64,000 nucleotides of DNA, from positions 205,158 to 269,157 of the forward strand of contig CAWCOX010000009.1 in the NCBI GenBank assembly GCA_963797235.1. The letters run 5' to 3'. The notes under the pieces are model-generated. The model ran no database searches, was not told where the DNA came from, and was given only the letters and a program-made list of their open reading frames with translations. Of this stretch, positions 57,624-64,000 are shown piece after piece; position 1 is the stretch's first letter, and each line of letters opens with the position of its first letter. This DNA comes from an uncultured delta proteobacterium. Lineage in GTDB: Bacteria; Desulfobacterota; Desulfobaccia; Desulfobaccales; 0-14-0-80-60-11. The position numbers were made by a program, and so were the translations under genes.

Positions 57624-58226
57624 CTACAGCGGAAAATCCCGCAAAACCTGAAAAAGTTCTTCCTCCCGGCCGCCGAAGAAGTGGTCGGCGCCGGCGATGA
57701 CCCTGATCTCCGGCGCGGCCGCTCCTGCCAACAGCTGCCTCAACTCGGCTAAGGGGCAAAGGTCGTCCTGGTCGCCCGCCACCACCAGGCGCAGGCCGGG
57801 CACCCCGGGCAGCCAGGAGAGATCCATGAAGGCGATGGGCGGGGCGATGAAGACCGCGGCCCGGACCGCCAACCCCTGGAGCAAGGCCCGACCGGCCACG
57901 AAGGCCCCAAAGGAGTAACCCGCCAGGTAGAGGGGGCCGGGAGTCCGTTCCCCCAGGAAGTCCAGGGCCGCGGCCACGTCCGCGGCTTCGGCCTCACCCT
58001 CGCCATAGGCCCCGGTGCTGCGGCCCACGCCCCGGAAATTGAAGCACAGGGTGGCAAAGCCGCGGTGGTGAAAGGCTCGCTCGGCGGTCCAGACCACGTT
58101 GTTGTTCATGCTGCCGCCGAATCGGGGGTGAGGGTGGGTGATGACCACCCCGGGCCCGATGGTGCCCGGCAGAAAGCGGCCTTCCAGGGTGACGTCCGGG
58201 CCGGGGATGGAAACCGTGTCGGTCAT
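57624..58226 (-). CDS. Small alpha/beta-fold hydrolase
   Basis: 200 aa. Nucleophile elbow GYSFG, ..HPHPRFGGSMNN.., C-terminal ..GADHFF. Confidence 0.7.
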   Translation of the reverse strand: MTDTVSIPGPDVTLEGRFLPGTIGPGVVITHPHPRFGGSMNNNVVWTAERAFHHRGFATLCFNFRGVGRSTGAYGEGEAEAADVAAALDFLGERTPGPLYLAGYSFGAFVAGRALLQGLAVRAAVFIAPPIAFMDLSWLPGVPGLRLVVAGDQDDLCPLAELRQLLAGAAAPEIRVIAGADHFFGGREEELFQVLRDFPL

Positions 58227-58256
58227 AAAGAAGCCTTCAGCAGTAAGCTAAGACAC

Positions 58257-58280
58257 GCAGGCTAAAGCCTGCGGCTACGG
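58257..58280. repeat. CGCAGGCTAAAGCCTGCGGCTACGG hairpin element
   Basis: Sibling of 46219-46264. Confidence 0.75.
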
Positions 58281-58491
58281 AAAAACGGCCTTCGGTTTTT
58301 TGTCTAAAAGCTGATTTCTGACACCCGGCGTTAATGCCGGAAATCTACCATGTTCCCGGTTCCTTGACTACTGAGATTGTTGCGAGGTTTAGGCCATTTT
58401 ATCCTTAAATAATCAAATTTTGGCGCCGAAAAGTAATGAAGCGAATTATGAAACTAACTTGGTTTTTCCGACGAAGCCACCCCTCACCCCA

Positions 58492-58516
58492 CCCTCTCCC
58501 CTCGGAGGGGAGAGGG
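58492..58516. repeat. CCCTCTCCCCTC-g-GAGGGGAGAGGG palindrome
   Basis: Read directly in the AT-rich gap upstream of the A2M gene. Confidence 0.8.
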
Positions 58517-58707
58517 GATTACTGATCCCAGGATAACATCATAATTTTATTACAATTACGATGGGCAAATTAAAATGAAAAAAACCTAAACATCTTTCCG
58601 CCATTTTAATGCCGGTAACTATTGGGTTATTGCTTGTTTTTATAAGCAGAAATATTATCTTGGAGACCTGAAGCCAACCGGCGCCACCGTTTAAAAGGAG
58701 CAACAGC

Positions 58708-61700
58708 ATGGATGCGGGCTCAAGGGTACTCTCGTCTGAGGTCCCCCGTTATGCGGGGCGGCGTCTCATCGCCTTGATTGGATTGCTGCTGGTCTCGTTC
58801 TGTTTCCTGGACCTGGGACGGCCGGCCTCGGAGGCCGGGGCTCAAGAGCGCCGGCCGGCCAAGGCGCCGGCGGCCGTCTCGGACCGGCAATTCACCATCA
58901 CCAGGATCGAGCCGGATGCCGGGAAGGAAGAGGTCGAGATTTTTTTCAGCAAGGCGGTCCCGCTGGAGGGTCTGAAGGGCAACCTGCGTCTCCTGCCGCT
59001 GGTCAAAATCGACTGGTCCAAGTCGGCCATGAGTTCGGAAGGCCGACTCACCCTGAAAGGCCGCTTCAAGTACGGGCTCGGCTACGTCGTGAACCTGCCG
59101 GAGAACTTCACCCTGGCCGGCCAGGCTTATGCGCCCACCGTGACTTCTTTCTTCATGCCCGACCGTCCGCCCAAACTGGAGTATGTCGAAAAGAAGAGCC
59201 TCATCGAGCTGGACAGCCGCGAGCTGCTCCATGTTCGGGCCGAAAACGTCAAGTCCCTGATGTTGGAAGGCATCCGGATTCCGCCCCTGCTGTTGCCCCA
59301 GGCCCTGGTCGTGGAAGACATCCCGGCCGGACTGGGACCGGCTCCTGCCGGACCTCCAGGCTGGAGCGGAGCAACTGAAAAGCCTGGCCAAAGACAATAA
59401 GGCCCTGGCCCCCTTCCTGCGGGAGCCTTTTACAAGAGAAGCAGCTCTTTCCGGCGCCGGGCCAGAAGAACAAAGCCCTGGCCGTGTCCCTGCCGCTCAG
59501 TTTCCGCCGAGACAAGGAAGCCGGGGCCCTGGAGCTCATCCGGGTGAGCCAGGATCAGGAAGGCGGCCCCGCGGCCACCGACCCCCGGGTCTTTCGCATC
59601 ACCGACCTGGGCCTGACTTATAAATCGGGGGCCAACCAGTTGCTGCTGTGGGCCACCTCCCTGAAAAATGCCACGCCGCTGGCCGGGGTGCAGGTAGTGG
59701 GCCTCACCAAGGATATGGAGGTCTTTCCCCTGGGGCAGACGGATCAGGACGGCATCTTCATCTTTCAACCCAAAGAATTGGACGGGCTGAACCTGAAGAC
59801 GCTGGGGAATTTTCAACCGGTGAAGCGGCGGGTGGAGCAGGGGCAACTGGTCTGCCTGCTGGCCGGGACCGACAAGGACGTTTCCTACATCCTGCTCAAC
59901 CCCGCCGACAGCCTGAAACCCCAGGATATCTGGCAGGTCCGGACCGGCGAGCAGGTCCGCAGCCTCAAGGGAGAGGTCTTCACCGAGCGGGGGGTCTATC
60001 GTCCCGGCGAGACGGTGCACTTCAAGGGCCTGGTCCGGGAATACCGGGACGGCCATATCCTCTCGCCCCAGGGAGAGGTGTGCACCTTTGAAATCACCAG
60101 CCCCAAAGGGGAGCAGGTCTTTTCCGGGGAAGGAACCTTGTCGGATTTCGGCGGTACTGCCGCCGAGGTGACCGCGGCCCGCTATTGGCCCCTGGGGACC
60201 TATAGCCTGAAAATGGCCTATGGCTCTAAAGAAGAGGCGAAGCCCTCGCCCAGCCCTAAAGTGAAACGGTCAGAGGATGAGGAGGAGAACAGCAATGGCA
60301 ATGATCAGGGCAATAACGGCGGATCCAGCGCGGAGGCCCCGAAAAACGAAGCCAACTGCACCTTCCAGATCCAGGAATTCAAGCCCCCCCGCCATTTTGT
60401 GGAGATCGACTTTAAGCGGCTGACCCGGAGCGAAACCGGCTATGTCAACCTGAAAAGGGAGCAGGAGTTCGTCAAGATCGGCCTCACCGGGGCGTACTAT
60501 GCCGGCGGGCCGGTGAAGCACGGCCAGGTGCGCTGGAAGGTGCACAAGGCCAAGACCAGCTACCAGATGCCCGGCTACGATAATTTCGTCTTCGGCTATA
60601 CCCGGGAAGAACCGGGGGAGCTGATCGAGAGCGGCCAGGCCATCCTGGACGAGAAGGGCCGCACCGAGTTGGAATTCCCCCTGGACCGGCAGGTTCTGGC
60701 AGGCGAGTCCGGCTACCTGGTGATCGCCACGGTGCTGGATTTCGACGGCCGGGCCGCGTCCGACAGCAAGAGCTACCAGGTGGAGCCCGACTATCTGGTG
60801 GGCTTCAGCAGCCACCCCGAGACAGTGCGCCCCGAAGAGGACCAGGTGGTCAAGGTGGTGGCCGTGAGCAAGGACGGCAAGAAGGTTGCCAAGGGGCAGA
60901 TCCGGGCCGAAGTTCTGGAGCGCAGCTATGCCTACGTGCCCAAGCGCAACGAACAGGGCGACCTGTACTGGTCGGATCAGGAGTCCTGGCGGAGGACCTA
61001 CGCCACCGACCTGCCCATAGAGAAAGGCGAGGCTTCCTTCAAATTTGGCTTCGGCTGGTACGGCCGCTACCTGGTGGCCTTCACCTATACGGATGAACGG
61101 GGGCGCAGCTTCGCCTCGGCCACCGCCTATCAGGTGGAGTCCGCGGGCGGCCGCTATGAAGGGGCCGAGGGCAAGGAACAGGCCTATCAAATCCTGCCCT
61201 TGAGCGCGGACCGGCCGGCCTATGAGCCGGGCCAGACGGCCAAAATCAGCCTCAGGCCCAAACGGCCGGTCTCCTGCTACCTGGTCACCCTGGAGCAAAA
61301 CGGCCTGCTGCAGCACCGGGTGGTACGGGCGCAAAAAGACTTGAAGGACCTGGAGATTCCCATCCAGGGCGAATATGTCCCCAATGTCTACGTTTCAGTG
61401 TTGGCTATTACCCCACGCGGGGACTTCCCGGTCTTTTCCGGCCGCTACGACACCGAGGCCCCGGGGTTCTTCTGGGGCAATCTCAATCTGCCGGTGCTTC
61501 TTAAGGTGGAGCAGTTGCAGGTGCAGATCAGCCCGGCGATCAAGGAGCTGCGGGCCGAGCCGGGCGCCAACGTCACCCTGGACTTCGTGGTGCACAACAA
61601 GAAAGGCCAGGGAATCGAAGCCGAGATGGCCGTGGCCGTGGTGGACGAAGCGGTCCTGGCCCTCACCGGCTTCAAGACCCCCACCCTGGACCGGCTGACC

Positions 61701-63936
61701 CGCTTTGACGGCCCCCTCGGGGTCTTTACCGGCGACTTGCGGGCCTTCTTGTTAAATCAGACCCCGTTTTACCTGGCCCGGAACGACATCCTCACCGGCG
61801 GCGGCGGCCTGAATGCCGCCATGTTGGCCAAACTGCGGCGGCGCTTCGAACCGGTGGCCTTTTTCAACCCGGCCGTACGCACCGGTCCCGATGGCCGGGC
61901 CCAGGTAAGCTTTACCCTGCCGGACAACATGACCAGTTACCGCATTTATGCCGTGACCGCGGACAAAGGCAGCGGTTTTGCCAGCCCGGAGCGTCAACTG
62001 GTGGCCACCAAGGATTTTTATGTGGAACCGGGGATGCCCGGCTTCTTTAATCAAGGGGATAAATTCAGGTTCCAGGTGGCCGCCTTCAACAACACCAGCG
62101 CCAGCCGGGCCGGTGAAATTCAAGGCTACGGCCGAAGGCGGCCTGGTCCTGAAGGCCGAAGAGCCGAAGCAACCGCTGCCGGCGAAAGACAGCATGAAGC
62201 TCAACGTCAGCGGCGAGGCCACCCAGGCCGGACCGGCCACGGCCCGGTTCGGGGCGGAATTCCAGGGGCACGCCGACGCCGCCGAACTGAAGCTGGAGAT
62301 CAACTCCGGGCACGTCCGGGATACCTCGGTCACCTCCGGCAGCGTGTCGGGGCCATCCCAGATCAAGGTCGCCCTGCCGCCCTATCTGAGCGGCGCCTGG
62401 GCCCCGAAGCTCAATCCGGGCGAGGTGCAGGCGGTGCTCACCCTCTCGGGGTCGCCCTTTTTGCGGCTGAGCGACGCCCTGCACTATCTGCTCACTTATC
62501 CCTACGGTTGCGTGGAGCAGACCAGTTCCGGGGTCCTGGCCCTGGCCGCCTTGCGGGGCGTGGTCCAGGACGGTCAGGTCCCGAATCTTACGGTGGAGGA
62601 GGTGGATAAGTACCTGAGCCGCGGGGTGCAGCGGGTCTTGAGCCTGCAGGTCGAGGGCGGCGGTTTCAGCTATTGGCCGGGCCAGTCCGAGGCCAGCGGC
62701 TGGGGCTCGATCTACGCCGGCGCGGCCTTGAGTATCGCCAAGAAAAACGGCGTGGAGGTCCCCGAAGGACCGTTGGGCAAGGCGCTGGACTATTTTCACG
62801 AGCAGATCAAGAACCCCAAGACCCCGGACCACGCCAAGGCCTTCGCCGCCTATATCCTGGCCCTGAATGGGGCCCTGGATCGGGCCGAATTCCAGGGGCT
62901 GGGCCAGAGCTACGCCCGGGTGGGCCGGGAAGGCAGGCTCCTGCTCCTCCTGGCGGCCAGGGAGGCTAATCTGCGGTCCCCGGCGGACCTGCGGAAGGAT
63001 CTCAAATCCCTGCTGGGACCGGATATCGCCAAGGAGACCCAATGGGGACGGGATGAATTCAACGCCCTGAGCCGGGGGCCGGCCCTGGCCCTGCTGGCGG
63101 CCAAGGCCATCATGCCGGAGGACCCCCTGACCAAACAGACGGCCCTGCTGCTCTTGGGCGGCCTGGACCAGCAAGGCATCTGGACCTCCACCAGCAGCAC
63201 CGGCTGGGCCCTGGTGGCCCTGGGGGCCTATTTCCAGGGTCAGAAGCTGGGGACCGAACCCGGGGAGGTGACCGTCAGCCAGCCCGGGGTGACTGGCAAG
63301 CAGCAGGTGAAACTCGATCCCAAGGGCTTCCGCACCGTGGGCCTCGAGGCGCAGGCCCTCCTGAAAAACCCGGTGGTGGTGGTCGAGGCGAAATCCGGCC
63401 CCACCTGGCTCTACAAGCTGGAGCTCACCGGGCCGCGGCTGGATCTGGCCGGCGCCGGGGCGGACCAGGGCTTCAAGGTCAGCAAGACCATGCAGAATAC
63501 CGACGGCTCGGCGGAGATCAAGGTGGGCGACCTGGTCAAGGTCGTGGTGGTGATCGAGGCTGCCAGGCCCCAGCGCTACGTGGTGCTGGACGACCCCCTG
63601 CCGGCCGGATTGGTGGCGGTCAATACCGCCCTGAAAACCGAGCAATACCTGGCGCCGGGTGCGGAGGAGCCGGAGGGGGATGAGGATGGCGGGTCTTTGG
63701 GCTACGCCATGGCGGACGGCACCATGCTCTTCTATCCCAATTTCTTCGAGATCCGGGAGGACCGGGTCCTGGCCTTCCGGGATCAGCTCTATTCCGGCAA
63801 GTACCGCTTCGAGTACTACGCCCGGGCGGTGTGCGAAGGCCAGTTCCTGGCGCCGCCCACCAAGGCGGCGGCCATGTACTCGCCGGGGGTGAATGGTTTC
63901 ACGGCCTCGAGCGAGTTGACGGTCAAGGCGCGGTGA
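58708..63936 (+). pseudogene. Bacterial alpha-2-macroglobulin (thioester-containing), three frameshifts (~59325, ~59445, ~62105)
   Basis: AAGGAG SD. N-terminal membrane anchor LIALIGLLLVSFCF. MG-domain repeats. Thioester site YPYGCVEQTSSG. C-terminal receptor-binding-like domain. ORFs 58708-59400, 59484-62609 and 61978-63936 read as one ~1740-aa protein. Confidence 0.85.
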
Positions 63937-63942
63937 TCTGGA

Positions 63943-63995
63943 TTAGTGGCACAGGCCTCCGGCTGTGATTATAGGCTGGAAGCCTGTGCCACTAA
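63943..63995 (+). terminator. 14-bp perfect stem hairpin immediately after the A2M stop
   Basis: ttagtggcacaggc-N25-gcctgtgccactaa. The window ends before any U-tract can be judged. Confidence 0.35.
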
Positions 63996-64000
63996 AGGGC

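Noticed and set aside
8399-63936. Frameshifts considered as programmed ribosomal frameshifting, or as evidence of a degenerating genome.
   Set aside because: The breaks lack shared slippery heptamers or downstream pseudoknots. They hit unrelated essential genes, and sequence conservation is intact on both sides. Technical indels are the simpler explanation, pending read-level verification.
1-64000. Search for tRNA/rRNA genes, transposases, integrases, phage genes, toxin-antitoxin pairs or known defence systems.
   Set aside because: I found no T-loop (GGTTCGAAT-like) context with acceptor stems and no recognisable catalytic motifs of these families in any frame. The only mobile-like features are the short non-coding hairpin elements.

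Overview
This is a high-GC chromosomal segment. Its gene content suggests an anaerobic Desulfobacterota/deltaproteobacterium-like organism, which is an inference from content only.

Gene content, left to right:
- (1) 1-10.3 kb, minus strand: a complete PEP-CTERM/exosortase exopolysaccharide core locus. It runs Wza-like exporter, OM beta-barrel, chain-length determinant, BY-kinase, ExeA-like ATPase, then an exosortase-EpsI fusion. A probable sigma-54 promoter drives it. It is followed by a large secreted beta-helix/BACON protein that the ORF track misses because it runs off the window edge.
- (2) 11.5-15 kb: an HpnN-like RND lipid exporter plus an MlaC-like protein.
- (3) 15.4-22 kb: a c-type cytochrome, a CHASE2 class-III nucleotide cyclase, a translationally coupled SH3b/M48-protease pair, and a GAF sigma-54 activator.
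- (4) 22-31.7 kb: a pentose-phosphate/glycolysis cluster (pfp, rpe, gnd, tal, rpiB, tkt).
- (5) 31.9-36.5 kb: a four-gene qNOR operon with two DUF2231 paralogs (one fused to a cytochrome-b5 domain) and a UbiA prenyltransferase.
- (6) 36.7-54.5 kb: a PAP2 phosphatase, then a 14-subunit nuo (complex I) operon with a fused nuoBCD. A SAM methyltransferase (between nuoH and nuoI) and an aldo-keto reductase (between nuoM and nuoN) interrupt it.
- (7) 54.9-58.2 kb: an EboD-like sugar-phosphate cyclase, an EboE-like TIM barrel and an alpha/beta hydrolase.
- (8) 58.7-63.9 kb: a thioester alpha-2-macroglobulin.

Most interesting candidate: the respiratory genes (qNOR, nuo) are flanked and interleaved by small-molecule tailoring and ebo-like genes.

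Second theme: nearly every intergenic gap, including the nuo intercistronic junctions, carries GC-rich hairpin or heptamer-array elements from at least eight families.

Caveat: about two dozen single-base frameshifts break otherwise well-conserved genes. These look like homopolymer indel errors in the assembly rather than biology.

I recognised no tRNA, rRNA, CRISPR, transposase or integrase.
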